DNA of 64,000 nucleotides from Minisyncoccota bacterium (GCA_041648395.1 JBAZPC010000002.1:29181-93180); one strand, 5' to 3'; shown: positions 1 through 10,193, counted from the first letter of the stretch. Numbers and translations: made by a program. Notes: generated by a model not told the origin, from the letters alone.

Positions 1-589
1 GCGCGGGAGAAAAATATCTTGCCGGAACTTTTTTGATAATTTTCGGCTCGCCGTATGCTTTAACGCTAATAGAGAGGATTGATTCTTTGCCTGCCCTGAG
101 CGAAGTCGAACGGGCAACCATTCTTTCTGCCACTTCTTTTTGCACCATCAAAACCATTCGCGACGGCTGCTTTGCCCCGAGCGAAGTCGAGGGGTCCCCT
201 TCCAAAAATTTTCGCAAAAAATGCGAGGTGATATAGTAAGGAATATTGGCAACAATCTTGTAGTCAGTAGTCAGCATTGAGTAGTCAGTAAATTTTAATA
301 TATCGCCGTTTATTATTTCTAAATTAGAGTATCCCACTTTCCGGCGATCGCTAGATTTTGGTATACTCTTAAATTTTTCATTCAGATAATCAGCCAGTCG
401 TTCATCTTTTTCAATGGCAATCACTCGTCCTCGCGGCACCGCTTTCAGTAGCGCCTCTGTTAAAATTCCCTTGCCTGGCCCGACTTCCAAAATAATATCA
501 TCCGGCTTTAAATCCGCCGTCTTCATGATGTCAGCGATAATTTTTTTAGAATTAAGAAAATTTTGTCCGAGAAATTTATTCGGCTTCAT
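1..589 (-). CDS. rsmA: 16S rRNA m6,2A dimethyltransferase RsmA/KsgA (partial, runs off window)
   Basis: Manual translation: MKPNKFLGQNFL...ILEVGPGKGILT...IAIEKD...IVANIPYYIT...LMVQKEVAERM; ATG overlaps the uvrD stop (ATGA). Confidence 0.95.
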   Translation of the reverse strand, partial: MKPNKFLGQNFLNSKKIIADIMKTADLKPDDIILEVGPGKGILTEALLKAVPRGRVIAIEKDERLADYLNEKFKSIPKSSDRRKVGYSNLEIINGDILKFTDYSMLTTDYKIVANIPYYITSHFLRKFLEGDPSTSLGAKQPSRMVLMVQKEVAERMVARSTSLRAGKESILSISVKAYGEPKIIKKVPARYFSPA

Positions 590-2514
590 AAAATTTCAAT
601 GATTTCTTCTTCTATTAATTGATTTTCGTTTTTCTCCAACTTCATCAAATGCTCCGGGATGTCCGACAAAAAGCGCGACGGGAGATTCATTTGCCGGCCG
701 CCGAAAATTGTGCGGACAATACTGAACGACAAAAATAATTTTTCCTTGGCGCGCGTGAGCGCGACATAAAATAATCTTCGCTCTTCCTCCTCTTTTTCCG
801 CGTTATTCGCGCCGAAGCCAGAGTGCGGAAATAATCCTTGCTCCATCCCGACAATAAAAACATTTTCAAACTCCAGCCCCTTGGCGGCATGGACGGTCAT
901 CAAACGCGCTCCTTCTTTTTTATTTTTGTCGCCAAAATCCAAATTATCTTGGTCGCTCATTAATGCCGCGTCGGTAATCATTTTTTCCATTCCCAACGGT
1001 GTCTCAAGCGAGTCATAGCGCGAGGCGATACTTACCAATTCCTTTAAGTTCTCCAGCCGTTCTTTGTCGTCATCGCTTCCGTTTTCCAAAAAATCCTGGT
1101 AGTCGGTTTTTTTCATAATAAATTTAACCACTTCCGACGGCCGGCTATTTTCAATCTTTTCTTTTATTTGGTCAAGAACAGCCAGAAAATCCCCTATTTT
1201 TTTCTCCATCTCTATCGGCAGTTTTTTTTGAGCAAAATAATTAAGGATACTCACTTTGCCGATTCCGCGCGGAGGCACATTGATAACCCTTTTGAAATCA
1301 AGGAGGTTGTCGCGATTCAAGGCCGCCCGAATGAAAGAAAAAATATCTTTTACTTCTTTGCGTTCATAAAATCTCGTGCCGAGAACATTGTACGGAATCC
1401 CGCGCTTCAAACATTCTTCCTCAAAAATCCGCGACTGGAAATTCGCCCTGTATAAAACAGCAACCTCCGAAGGTTTAACCTTCGTTTTAATCAGCTCTTT
1501 TATTTTATGAACGACAAATTCCGCCTCCTCTTTCTCGTTCATCGCCTCAAAAAGAGAAATCACCGCGCCTTCTTCGCGGGTGGCAGAAAGTTTTTTCTCC
1601 TTTCTCATTTTATTTTTTTCTATCACTCTTGCCGCCGCCTCCAAGATATTTTTCGTTGAGCGATAATTTTCTTCAAAGACAATAGTTTTAACTTCCGGAA
1701 AATCTCTTTCAAAGTTTATGATGTTTCTGAAGTCCGCTCCCCGCCAACCATAAATCGCCTGGTCAATGTCGCCGATGACGCAAATATTTCTGTGCTTCTC
1801 CGCTAAAATTTTTGAAAGTTCATATTGGCTTTTGTTTGTGTCTTGATATTCGTCAATTAAAATATATTGCCATAAGTTTTGGTAATGGCTTCTCGCCTCT
1901 TTGTCTTTTTTAAAAAGAAGAACGGTTTTTAAAATAAGGTCGTCAAAATCCAACGCCTGATGAGCCTTTAGTTTTTTTTCATATGCATCCCAGATATTGC
2001 TTAATTTTCTCGGGAAAAAATCCCGGCCGGCGATTTCTTCAAAATCCTCGCAGCTTATCAGGTCGCCCTTGTATCTTGAAATCATATTCAGCATTTTATC
2101 CGGTTGAAACTGCTTTGGGTCAATGCCCAATTCTCTGATTGATTCTTTGATGACTTCCAGCGCGTTTTCTTTGTCAAAAATGGAAAAATTTTTGTTTATG
2201 CCCAGGCCTCTCCCGTGATTGCGCAAAATAAAAACCCCAAGGGAGTGGAAGGTGCTGACGAACGGAGTAGTCAGTATTGAGTAGTCAGTAGTCAGTAATT
2301 TATTTATCCTTTCCTTCATCTCGCCCGCCGCCTTGTTGGTGAAAGTGATGGCCAAGATTCGCTCCGGCTCCGTTCCCTGCTCCACCAAATGGGCGACCCG
2401 ATGGGCGATGGCTCTGGTTTTGCCCGCTCCGGCTCCGGCCAAGACAAGCAACGGTCCATTTTTATGCAAGACCGCTTCCTTTTGAGCTTCATTTAGTCCC
2501 TCTAAAAGATTCAT
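586..2514 (-). CDS. pcrA: UvrD/PcrA SF1 DNA helicase
   Basis: AGAGAGKT, AITFTNKAA, IDEYQDTN, ENYRST, LMTVHAAKGLEF, EEERRLFYVALTRA. Confidence 0.95.
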   Translation of the reverse strand: MNLLEGLNEAQKEAVLHKNGPLLVLAGAGAGKTRAIAHRVAHLVEQGTEPERILAITFTNKAAGEMKERINKLLTTDYSILTTPFVSTFHSLGVFILRNHGRGLGINKNFSIFDKENALEVIKESIRELGIDPKQFQPDKMLNMISRYKGDLISCEDFEEIAGRDFFPRKLSNIWDAYEKKLKAHQALDFDDLILKTVLLFKKDKEARSHYQNLWQYILIDEYQDTNKSQYELSKILAEKHRNICVIGDIDQAIYGWRGADFRNIINFERDFPEVKTIVFEENYRSTKNILEAAARVIEKNKMRKEKKLSATREEGAVISLFEAMNEKEEAEFVVHKIKELIKTKVKPSEVAVLYRANFQSRIFEEECLKRGIPYNVLGTRFYERKEVKDIFSFIRAALNRDNLLDFKRVINVPPRGIGKVSILNYFAQKKLPIEMEKKIGDFLAVLDQIKEKIENSRPSEVVKFIMKKTDYQDFLENGSDDDKERLENLKELVSIASRYDSLETPLGMEKMITDAALMSDQDNLDFGDKNKKEGARLMTVHAAKGLEFENVFIVGMEQGLFPHSGFGANNAEKEEEERRLFYVALTRAKEKLFLSFSIVRTIFGGRQMNLPSRFLSDIPEHLMKLEKNENQLIEEEIIEIL

Positions 2515-2759
2515 GCGACCATCATAGCACCATTTCCGCTATCCACAGGTTTGTTTTGGCTTGGCTAAAAAGGTTGACTTTTGGGTCGGTTCTGGTAGGA
2601 TAGGAATGTTGTTGAAAGGTTGATATAGAGAGAAATTACCAGTAAACCCTTCATTTTAAACATATTTCTACTAACTCTCAAAGTCCTGCTGACATTCCAA
2701 GTAGCAAGAAGCAGGGCCAAATATCGCAATTTTTTGTTGCCTATGGTGGCTTAGCTCTT

Positions 2760-3740
2760 TTGCTTTTGGCTTTTTTTGTCTTTTCCTCTACGGCTCACGC
2801 TGGCTTTTTTTCTTTTTTAAATAATATCCTTGGTTCAAAAAACCAAGAAAAACCGATTTATAATTCACAAACCGTTTCCCTTTTGGAAGGGTCGCTATCT
2901 CCCGAATCGGGAACAGGCAAAGGCGGAGGAGATATAACAATTGTCAATAATGCCCTTTTGCCCGACTCTGGACCGTTGGGCACTATCGCCGACATAAAAG
3001 ATAGGAGGGCAACGCCCGACCAGATAAGCATTTATGTGGTTAGAAAAGGGGATAACATTTCCGAAATAGCAAAAATGTTTGATGTTTCGGTAAACACTAT
3101 AATTTGGGCAAACAGTTTAGCTTCCGGGGAATCAATAACTCCTGGTCAAATTCTCGTCATTCTTCCTGTTTCTGGCATTCAGTACACGGTCAAAAAAGGC
3201 GACACGGTGAAAAGTATTGCAAAAAAATTAAGCAGTGACATAACAGAAATCCTCCAATATAACGGCTTGGCGATAAACGACAATTTAACTGAAGGCCAAA
3301 CAATAATAATTCCTAACGCAGATTATTCGGAAACGGAAAAAAGCCCGCCTTCCACTCAATCCATAAAACCAAAAATTTCAAACACGCCGTTTTATGCCGG
3401 ATATTATATGAGGCCCATTGAGGAGGGAAGAAGGTCCCAGAAAATTCATGGATACAACGCCGTTGACTTGGCTGATTCATGCGGAACGCCGGTTATGGCC
3501 GCCGCTAGCGGAGATGTTCTTATAGGCAGAGGCACGGGGTGGAATTCCGGATACGGGCATTATATTGTTCTCGTTCATTCGAACGGCACGCAAACTCTCT
3601 ACGCGCACTTGAGCGAAAACATCGCCACGGAAGGATGGCATGTGACGCAAGGACAAATAATTGGCTACATTGGTTCAACTGGCAAGTCAACTGGCTGCCA
3701 TGTCCATTTTGAAATCCGCGGCGCCCAGAATCCGTTTTAA
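2760..3740 (+). CDS. LysM-domain M23 family peptidase (start uncertain)
   Basis: Two LysM repeats (YVVRKGDNISEIA, YTVKKGDTVKSIA), AVDLA, YAHLS, STGCHVHFEIR. Confidence 0.9.
   Translation: MLLAFFVFSSTAHAGFFSFLNNILGSKNQEKPIYNSQTVSLLEGSLSPESGTGKGGGDITIVNNALLPDSGPLGTIADIKDRRATPDQISIYVVRKGDNISEIAKMFDVSVNTIIWANSLASGESITPGQILVILPVSGIQYTVKKGDTVKSIAKKLSSDITEILQYNGLAINDNLTEGQTIIIPNADYSETEKSPPSTQSIKPKISNTPFYAGYYMRPIEEGRRSQKIHGYNAVDLADSCGTPVMAAASGDVLIGRGTGWNSGYGHYIVLVHSNGTQTLYAHLSENIATEGWHVTQGQIIGYIGSTGKSTGCHVHFEIRGAQNPF
3706..3740 (+). repeat. 3' end of M23 gene (copy 1, native; FEIRGAQNPF*)
   Basis: attttgaaatccgcggcgcccagaatccgttttaa; recurs at 4764 and 5321. Confidence 0.9.
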
Positions 3741-3780
3741 GTATTTAACCGACTTACGATGTCGGTTTTAGTTAAAATTT

Positions 3781-4770
3781 ATGAAAAAACGAAATCAAGC
3801 ACAAACAGGCATTGCCCTTATAGAAATCGTCTTAACAATAATGATAATTACTGTAATTGGTGGAATCATTTATTTTTATTGGCAGAAAAATATAAATTAT
3901 ACAGAAATTCAACAAATAGAAAGTCAGCAACAAGCCGTGCAACAGAAATTCGAATGCAATTTATCACCGAAAGAAAATTACATTATAGTTAATGGTAAAG
4001 TAAATTTCCCTCGTGGTATTAAAAACTATACTGATTACGAAATCGTTGTTGCATCCGATACATACAAAATTTCTCTGGATGGCAATTTTTGTGCAAGTGT
4101 TCCTAATGGAGTTTTTATAATTGGAGTGTCTTCGAGTAACGAAAATGATTTTTCTTTACTTTCTGTGATTGTCTCAGAAAAAGATACTGATATCATTATT
4201 AACTCTAAAACAACAGCAGTTGGATTACTTTTTACAACACCTTATTTTCTAAACAACGACCCGGTTAAGGCAACTGAAATTATTAAACAGATAGAAAATA
4301 ATTCAAAAGTAAAAATATTATCCGACCAAATTGAAAACAAGGAAACATTATCTATTAATGATATTGAAAACAGGCCAATATCCGACGCATTTAAAAACGC
4401 TCTGAACTCTGTATTGGGGACAAAAAACGATAACAATAATTCTAAAATTCAACCCCAGGTCATAAATTTTGAAATGACCATAAAACCAGCAAATTATTAC
4501 AAAAACCAAAAAGGAGAAAGTTACATTTATGGGAAACTTATTGACTTAGATAAAAATGCACAAATTGAATTTAAAAAATATCTTGCAACGAAATATTTCG
4601 ATGTAGGATCTAGCCAAATTAGAGTTGACATAATAAACGATACTAAATTTCTGGGCAAACAACCACTTGATGACTACAATAACTTCGAGGTTAAAATTAA
4701 AGGCTATATTATAAGTATAAACGATATTGATAAAGTGCGCATTATTGCTAACGAAATTTTTGTATTTTGA
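3781..4770 (+). CDS. Hypothetical membrane-anchored protein with prepilin-like N-terminus
   Basis: 329 aa AT-rich ORF; N-terminus QTG^IALIEIVLTI followed by a hydrophobic helix. Confidence 0.7.
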   Translation: MKKRNQAQTGIALIEIVLTIMIITVIGGIIYFYWQKNINYTEIQQIESQQQAVQQKFECNLSPKENYIIVNGKVNFPRGIKNYTDYEIVVASDTYKISLDGNFCASVPNGVFIIGVSSSNENDFSLLSVIVSEKDTDIIINSKTTAVGLLFTTPYFLNNDPVKATEIIKQIENNSKVKILSDQIENKETLSINDIENRPISDAFKNALNSVLGTKNDNNNSKIQPQVINFEMTIKPANYYKNQKGESYIYGKLIDLDKNAQIEFKKYLATKYFDVGSSQIRVDIINDTKFLGKQPLDDYNNFEVKIKGYIISINDIDKVRIIANEIFVF

Positions 4771-4798
4771 AATCCGTGGAGCAAAGAACCCGTTTTAG
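4764..4798 (+). repeat. Diverged copy 2 of M23 gene 3' end (FEIRGAKNPF*)
   Basis: 29/35 identity to 3706-3740; differences are synonymous except Q>K. Confidence 0.9.
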
Positions 4799-4836
4799 TT
4801 TGATTTTTAATTTAAGCGTGGTATCATCATCGCTAT

Positions 4837-5070
4837 ATGGTCACCATTACCATTCCTCAAAAACTAATAAAAAACGACGACCTAATAATCATTCCTCGCA
4901 AAGAGTATGAAAAGCTTTTCCGTGTTTTTAAAGGGAAAAAACTTACTCCGCTTGACCGAAATTTAGACGAGGCGATTTCAGAATATAAAGCTGGAAAAAG
5001 TTTTGGCCCATTTACCACCGCCGAACAAGGTATCAAATTTCTTAAAAGTCACAGAGCCAAGAGAAAATAA
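4837..5070 (+). CDS. Putative antitoxin
   Basis: 77 aa ORF directly upstream of RelE-like gene; LDEAISEYKAGK..GPF motif typical of such partners. Confidence 0.65.
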   Translation: MVTITIPQKLIKNDDLIIIPRKEYEKLFRVFKGKKLTPLDRNLDEAISEYKAGKSFGPFTTAEQGIKFLKSHRAKRK

Positions 5071-5073
5071 AAA

Positions 5074-5319
5074 ATGAAACATATTTTTCTTGAACGCTTT
5101 GTAAGGCAACTGGAAAGTTTCCCAATTGATACACAAAATAAATTTTATAAACAATTAAATTTTCTGTTAAATAATATTCGCCACCCATCGCTTCACGCCA
5201 AGAAATATGACGAAACGAAGGGTATCTGGCAAGCAAGAGTGGATAAAAATATCAGATTTTATTTTCAAATTGACGGCGAGACTTATATATTACTTGGGGT
5301 AGAACGCCATAAGAAATAA
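5074..5319 (+). CDS. RelE/ParE-like toxin
   Basis: 81 aa; NIRHPSLHAKK...WQARVDKNIRFYF pattern. Confidence 0.75.
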   Translation: MKHIFLERFVRQLESFPIDTQNKFYKQLNFLLNNIRHPSLHAKKYDETKGIWQARVDKNIRFYFQIDGETYILLGVERHKK

Positions 5320-5320
5320 A

Positions 5321-5381
5321 TTAGAAATCTGCGGCACCCGAAATCCGTTTTAACCGACTTACGATATCGGTTCTAAATTAA
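5321..5381 (+). repeat. Diverged copy 3 of M23 gene 3' end plus downstream hairpin
   Basis: 28/33 identity to 3708-3740, followed by ccgacttacgatatcggtt matching the hairpin at 3747-3767. Confidence 0.9.
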
Positions 5382-5384
5382 ATA

Positions 5385-5660
5385 ATGAAAAATAATTCTG
5401 TTAAATTTAATGATGGCTGGTGTTTTGCTACAGTAAATGGGCGTTTAGCTGAAATTTATTTTGATAAAAAACGTGGAATTTTTGCACACTGCTATATAGA
5501 CAAAAAAGAATACAACAAATCAGAACAAAAAATGATTGCTTCGGATATTAAAAAATATAAATTTGTTTATAGAAATGGATATTATTTTGATAAAATACAG
5601 AAAGTAAAACACAAAAAAGTTAGCATCTATAAAATTTTTCCAGAGATTAGAAAAATATAA
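5385..5660 (+). CDS. Hypothetical protein
   Basis: 91 aa AT-rich ORF filling the gap before comM. Confidence 0.6.
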   Translation: MKNNSVKFNDGWCFATVNGRLAEIYFDKKRGIFAHCYIDKKEYNKSEQKMIASDIKKYKFVYRNGYYFDKIQKVKHKKVSIYKIFPEIRKI

Positions 5661-5675
5661 AAAATTACTCAATTT

Positions 5676-7214
5676 TTACTTCGGCCGGTATTGCAATGCT
5701 TCTAAAATGTGTTTTTCTTGAATTTCTTCGGCACCCTCTAAGTCGGCGATGGTGCGCGCCAGCTTGATGACGCGATGGTAGGCCCGACCGGAAAGGTCAA
5801 GCCGTTTGGCGGCTTGGTTTAAAATGTTGGTCACACTATCTGAAAGCGGGCAAAATTTTTTCAGATCTCTGACTCCCATCTCGCTATTAGTTAAAATTTT
5901 CATACTTTTCCCGCCCTTGGCGGAAAATCTTTCACCTTGAATTTTTCTCGCCTTTATCACCCTTTCTTGAATTGCCTTTGACGGCTCGCCTGAAATTTTT
6001 TCGTCCGACAATTTTTCATGCTCCACCTGCGGCACTTCCAGCCATAAATCAATCCTGTCCAAAATCGGGCCGGAGACCTTTCTGGAATAACGCATCAAAG
6101 AACCCTGCGAACAAACGCAAGGTTTTGTTTTTGAATTCAGATTTCCGCAGGGACAGGGATTCATGGCGCAAATGAGAATGAAACGCGCCGGAAAGGTGAG
6201 CGACTCTTTGGCGCGGGAAATGTTTATAACACCGTCTTCTAGCGGCTGACGCAGGGCCTCAATCACCCGCCTTTCAAATTCCGGGAACTCATCAAGAAAC
6301 AAAACACCGCGGTGGCTAAGAGTAATTTCGCCCGGCCGCGGATAAGTTCCTCCGCCGACCAACGCCACATAAGATGAAGTATGATGCGGACTGCGAAACG
6401 GCCTCTCGCTCAAAAAATCTTCCTGCAACGCGCCGGCCACACTGTGAATCAAGGTCGTTTCCAAAACTTCCTCAAAAGAAAAAGGAGGCAGAATGGCGGC
6501 GAGCGCCTTGGCCAACATGGTCTTCCCTGTGCCGGCGGGACCGACCATTAGAACATTATGTCCGCCGGCGGCGGCGATTTCCAAACCGCGCTTGGCGCTC
6601 TCTTGCCCTTTGATGTCAGAAAAATCAAAATTTATTTCTTCAATTAAGTCCTTAAAATCAATTTGCGTTTCCGGTTGTTCGTTAAGATTAAAATCTTTTT
6701 TGCTGTCCAAATGATTTACTATTTCACTTAATGAATCGCAGCCGAAAATTTTTATTCCTCTCACAAGGGCGGCCTCCTTCGTATTTTTATTCGGCACAAA
6801 AATTTCTCCAAAGCCCTGTTTCTGGGCGTATTTTACCAAAGCCAAAGTTCCTTTGACGGGCCGAATCGCTCCGTCAAGCGCCAGTTCGCCGAGAAAAATT
6901 TTTCCGTTCACGTCAAAAGAAATTTGTTTTGAGGCGAGAAGATAAGCCAAAGCGATGGCTAAGTCAAAAACCGGCCCTTCTTTTTTCAAGTCGGCCGGCG
7001 CTAGAGAAATCGTCACTCTTTGATTTTTCTTTTGCGGAGAAACGAATCCGGAATTTTTGATGGCCGCTGAAATTCTGTCTTTTGATTCTTCCACCGCCTT
7101 GTCCGGAAGGCCGACGACGGAAAAAGAATGCAAACCCTGCATCAAATCAACTTCAACTTCTATAATATTGGCTTTTAGACCTGTAACTTGGGCGGAGTAA
7201 ACTTTAACAGCCAT
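5676..7214 (-). CDS. comM: ComM/YifB Mg-chelatase-like AAA+ ATPase
   Basis: VGLPDKAVEESKDR, GPAGTGKT, PFRSPHH, LFLDEFPEF, AMNPCPCG, ARTIADL. Confidence 0.95.
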   Translation of the reverse strand: MAVKVYSAQVTGLKANIIEVEVDLMQGLHSFSVVGLPDKAVEESKDRISAAIKNSGFVSPQKKNQRVTISLAPADLKKEGPVFDLAIALAYLLASKQISFDVNGKIFLGELALDGAIRPVKGTLALVKYAQKQGFGEIFVPNKNTKEAALVRGIKIFGCDSLSEIVNHLDSKKDFNLNEQPETQIDFKDLIEEINFDFSDIKGQESAKRGLEIAAAGGHNVLMVGPAGTGKTMLAKALAAILPPFSFEEVLETTLIHSVAGALQEDFLSERPFRSPHHTSSYVALVGGGTYPRPGEITLSHRGVLFLDEFPEFERRVIEALRQPLEDGVINISRAKESLTFPARFILICAMNPCPCGNLNSKTKPCVCSQGSLMRYSRKVSGPILDRIDLWLEVPQVEHEKLSDEKISGEPSKAIQERVIKARKIQGERFSAKGGKSMKILTNSEMGVRDLKKFCPLSDSVTNILNQAAKRLDLSGRAYHRVIKLARTIADLEGAEEIQEKHILEALQYRPK

Positions 7215-7219
7215 CGAAA

Positions 7220-7600
7220 TTATTTTTTCTTCGCGTGCTTAATGCAATTTTTGGCGGACGGGTTCGCCTCCAATCTGTCTTCTTCAATCTGTTCGCCCCC
7301 TGTTTCGCAAATCCCAAATTTTCCATTTTTTATTTTTTCCAACGCCTCATTAATAAAAGTGAGCTGGCTTTCAAGCTTGTCTTCAATAGCTGCCCTGTTT
7401 TCCAATTGCTCAAAGGCGTCCGCCAATTCGTTCTTGTCCGCGGTCATGACGTTCATATCGGCCATGGTCAGTTCCCAATCGCCCGCTATCTTCGGATTTT
7501 TCTGTCCGACATGAGAAAGGGCCTCCTCCAGGTCTTTTTTTCTCTTCTCTAGTTTTCCTTTAAAATATTCGGTTTTCTGTTTTGACAACATTTGTTTCAA
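7220..7600 (-). CDS. DksA/TraR family protein
   Basis: Coiled coil plus ALEKIKNGKFGICE...IEEDRLEANPSAKNC. Confidence 0.85.
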   Translation of the reverse strand: MKQMLSKQKTEYFKGKLEKRKKDLEEALSHVGQKNPKIAGDWELTMADMNVMTADKNELADAFEQLENRAAIEDKLESQLTFINEALEKIKNGKFGICETGGEQIEEDRLEANPSAKNCIKHAKKK

Positions 7601-7630
7601 ATAATAACAGAATGAATTTCAATTGCAAAT

Positions 7631-8497
7631 TTACTGATTCAGATATTGGGGCAGCGCAAAACGTCTGATAATTTCTTCCAAGGCATCTTCTCCAGAAGAC
7701 ACGACAAGATAATCTCTATTTATGAAAGAATAGGAAATAACAGGGATGCCCGACGAGCCGTTCAAAACTCTGGCGTCATGATTTCTTATTACTTTGTCCG
7801 TAAAAGAACTCATGGCCGAAACAATGTCCTTTATCATAAAAATGTCTTTTAAATTGTCAGCCATATTTTCTTCCCATTTCATCATTGAAATAAAAGCTTT
7901 TTCATATGATTTTATTTTGAAAATCAAAGATGGCTGATTATTGTAAACGCTCAACATAAAACTTCCTTCAAAAATATCGGCCGTGTCGCCCGGAAAGGCG
8001 ACGCCAAAATTATCAAACAACTCTTTTGTCGTCGCTAATCTTTTTGTCTGCCCGCCTTCTTTGATGATAGCAATATAGAGGAGTTTGTTTTCTTTGACCG
8101 GCTCTTTGACAATACCCAAAATACTACCAAGAGTTGTTTCTTTTTCAAAATCAGAAATCAGAACCGGCTTAGGCAAAGAAACAACCGGCTGTACAACTTT
8201 TTTCCCGCCAAAAATCGCAAAGCCGCCAATCACCGCGCCGATAATAATTAAAACAGCTCCGGCCAAAATTATGTTTCTTTTGGTAAGAAGGGAAGCGCTT
8301 GGAGCAGCGAAAGAGCCGAAGCCCCTTTTTACCTGCGCCGCCGCCACGTCAACCATGGAAATGCCTTCATCTTTTATGTACTGCGAACTATCGGACTTAA
8401 ACGTCCGCAAAACCGGCAGACCTGTTTGCGCAGATGAGTCCGCTTGTTTAGAACCTCCTTCTTCTGTTGTTGTTTTCTCTTCTGGGAGCATGATCAA
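7631..8497 (-). CDS. Hypothetical single-pass membrane protein
   Basis: 288 aa ORF, one TM helix, LRTFKSD N-terminal motif. Confidence 0.7.
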   Translation of the reverse strand: MIMLPEEKTTTEEGGSKQADSSAQTGLPVLRTFKSDSSQYIKDEGISMVDVAAAQVKRGFGSFAAPSASLLTKRNIILAGAVLIIIGAVIGGFAIFGGKKVVQPVVSLPKPVLISDFEKETTLGSILGIVKEPVKENKLLYIAIIKEGGQTKRLATTKELFDNFGVAFPGDTADIFEGSFMLSVYNNQPSLIFKIKSYEKAFISMMKWEENMADNLKDIFMIKDIVSAMSSFTDKVIRNHDARVLNGSSGIPVISYSFINRDYLVVSSGEDALEEIIRRFALPQYLNQ

Positions 8498-8919
8498 AAT
8501 AATGGGTCTTGCGACTTTAAATATTTTTCCGCTTTTTGTATAACCATTTTAACAAAATTCAAATAATCGCTGGCCTCTTTATTGGAAATTATTATTCCGC
8601 CTTCATATAAATCTAGATTTCTTTTCCTTCTCATTTTGTCGCCTATTATTCCCACATTTTTATCGTTCAAAATTATAGATAATTTCTCTAAAATTTTAAC
8701 ATGGTGGCCCTTTCTGCTTTTAATCCTGTGGCCATGCAACGCTATTAAAGCAATGCCTATTTTTATTAGGGCATTATACGAGAAATTAAAAATCACCTCC
8801 TCTTTTTTATTTTTGGCGGCAATATGAAAATCTTTCAACGCGTTGCTAAAATATTTAGAGATTATTTTCTTGTCAAATTTATTTTTCTGGAAAAATCTTG
8901 AGTCAAAACTTATGTTCAT
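8494..8919 (-). CDS. HEPN-like toxin (HEPN/MNT pair)
   Basis: Helical 141 aa protein, SYNA...GHH...MRRKRNLDLY; overlaps the MNT gene. Confidence 0.7.
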   Translation of the reverse strand: MNISFDSRFFQKNKFDKKIISKYFSNALKDFHIAAKNKKEEVIFNFSYNALIKIGIALIALHGHRIKSRKGHHVKILEKLSIILNDKNVGIIGDKMRRKRNLDLYEGGIIISNKEASDYLNFVKMVIQKAEKYLKSQDPLF

Positions 8920-9461
8920 ATTATTTTTATGTATTTTGAGGAAAAAATGTCTTTTATAAAATGATCCCTTTTTTGTTTTTTTCTTTTAAATTCTTTTTCC
9001 GTCATTTCAATGGAATTTATTTCTCTCCCTGTTAATTCTTGGATTTCTAAAATGGCCTTTTGCAATTTTATCATATCAAAATCGCCAATAATCAAAAGAT
9101 CAATGTCGCTTTCCGAAACAAACCCGCCTTTGGCGTATGAGCCGAAAATGTAAGCAGAATCAATTCCTTTTATCTTTTTTAGCTTATCAGTCAAAATTTT
9201 TTCAAACCCAAATCCTTTCAAAATAATTTTTTTGTATTCTTTGAGAAACGGGTATTTTTTATTCAAAGAGAAAAATCTTTCTTTTCCGCGAAATTCATCT
9301 AGGAGCAAGCCGTCTTTTTTAAGTTCCAAAAGCTTTTTGTGCAGATTTGACGGATTTTCTTTTATTATTTTTGCCAACTCATTGACGTAAAACTTTTCGC
9401 CTTCATTGAGAAAGAAAAAATTGAGTGTTTTTTGAACCAATTTTGACCGCAGTGATATCAT
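8916..9461 (-). CDS. wHTH-fused minimal nucleotidyltransferase (MNT antitoxin)
   Basis: IFGSYAKG...SDIDLLIIG; N-terminal HTH YVNELAK. Confidence 0.85.
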   Translation of the reverse strand: MISLRSKLVQKTLNFFFLNEGEKFYVNELAKIIKENPSNLHKKLLELKKDGLLLDEFRGKERFFSLNKKYPFLKEYKKIILKGFGFEKILTDKLKKIKGIDSAYIFGSYAKGGFVSESDIDLLIIGDFDMIKLQKAILEIQELTGREINSIEMTEKEFKRKKQKRDHFIKDIFSSKYIKII

Positions 9462-9565
9462 GGTATGATTATACCATAATTATAGTAAATTTCTACAACA
9501 CACAATTTTTTATTTCTTCTTCTATTGAATCAATTATATATTAATATTATCTAAGCTAAAAATTA

Positions 9566-9591
9566 AAGGCGGGAAACATTCCCCGCCTTTT
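9566..9591. terminator. Intrinsic terminator-like hairpin
   Basis: aaaggcggg-aaacattc-cccgccttttt. Confidence 0.7.
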
Positions 9592-9649
9592 TAAATCATA
9601 TTTTACAATTTTTTCTTCATACTTTTAGAAAGGGTGGCGAGGTGAGGTT

Positions 9650-9895
9650 TCACCTCGCCAAGTCAGAAAGAACTATTTGTCCGCAAAGGACTTTTTTAAC
9701 GGTATCTTTGTGCCCGATACGAATGGGCATGTTTCCTCCACATTTTGGACAAGTTAGAGTTTCACACATTTCTAACATCCATTGTTTTTTATAGCCACAT
9801 TTTTTGCAGATATAAATACCGTCATATTGCATACTATCATCAAAAAGATCATAGTAATGCCTTAAAATAAACCTGTTGACTATGCCACAGCCCAT
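9650..9895 (-). CDS. Small zinc-ribbon orphan protein
   Basis: CKKC and CPKC pairs; GGAGG RBS upstream of the ATG. Confidence 0.65.
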   Translation of the reverse strand: MGCGIVNRFILRHYYDLFDDSMQYDGIYICKKCGYKKQWMLEMCETLTCPKCGGNMPIRIGHKDTVKKVLCGQIVLSDLAR

Positions 9896-10163
9896 ATCAA
9901 ACACCTCCTTTTTTATTTAACCTTTTCTAAAAGCATTTTATAAAAGAGCAATATTTCCGATAACTTCTTCGTATGCGAAATTATTCTAAGGGTAAAATAG
10001 CAAAACTATCCTTTAAGGTCAAGGAAAATTTTTTTGGCAATCTATTGATGCCGAAACGTTATTTTGTAGTTTTTCTAGTCTTTTATGTGGCTGTGGATAA
10101 ACTTGCTTGAAAGAAATAATTATGATATATTACAGGCACAAGCAATGGCTTATCTGATTTTGA

Positions 10164-10193
10164 TCAAAACCCGCCTAAAAAGCGGGTTTTTGA
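10164..10193. terminator. Intrinsic terminator-like hairpin
   Basis: tcaaaacccgc-ctaaaaa-gcgggtttttga downstream of pnp and the short ORF. Confidence 0.7.

Noticed and set aside
586-2514. Recoded genetic code (TGA=Gly, as in Gracilibacteria/Absconditabacteria)
   Set aside because: Core genes are full-length under code 11, and some end properly in TGA (pcrA, ruvC, yidC, tig).
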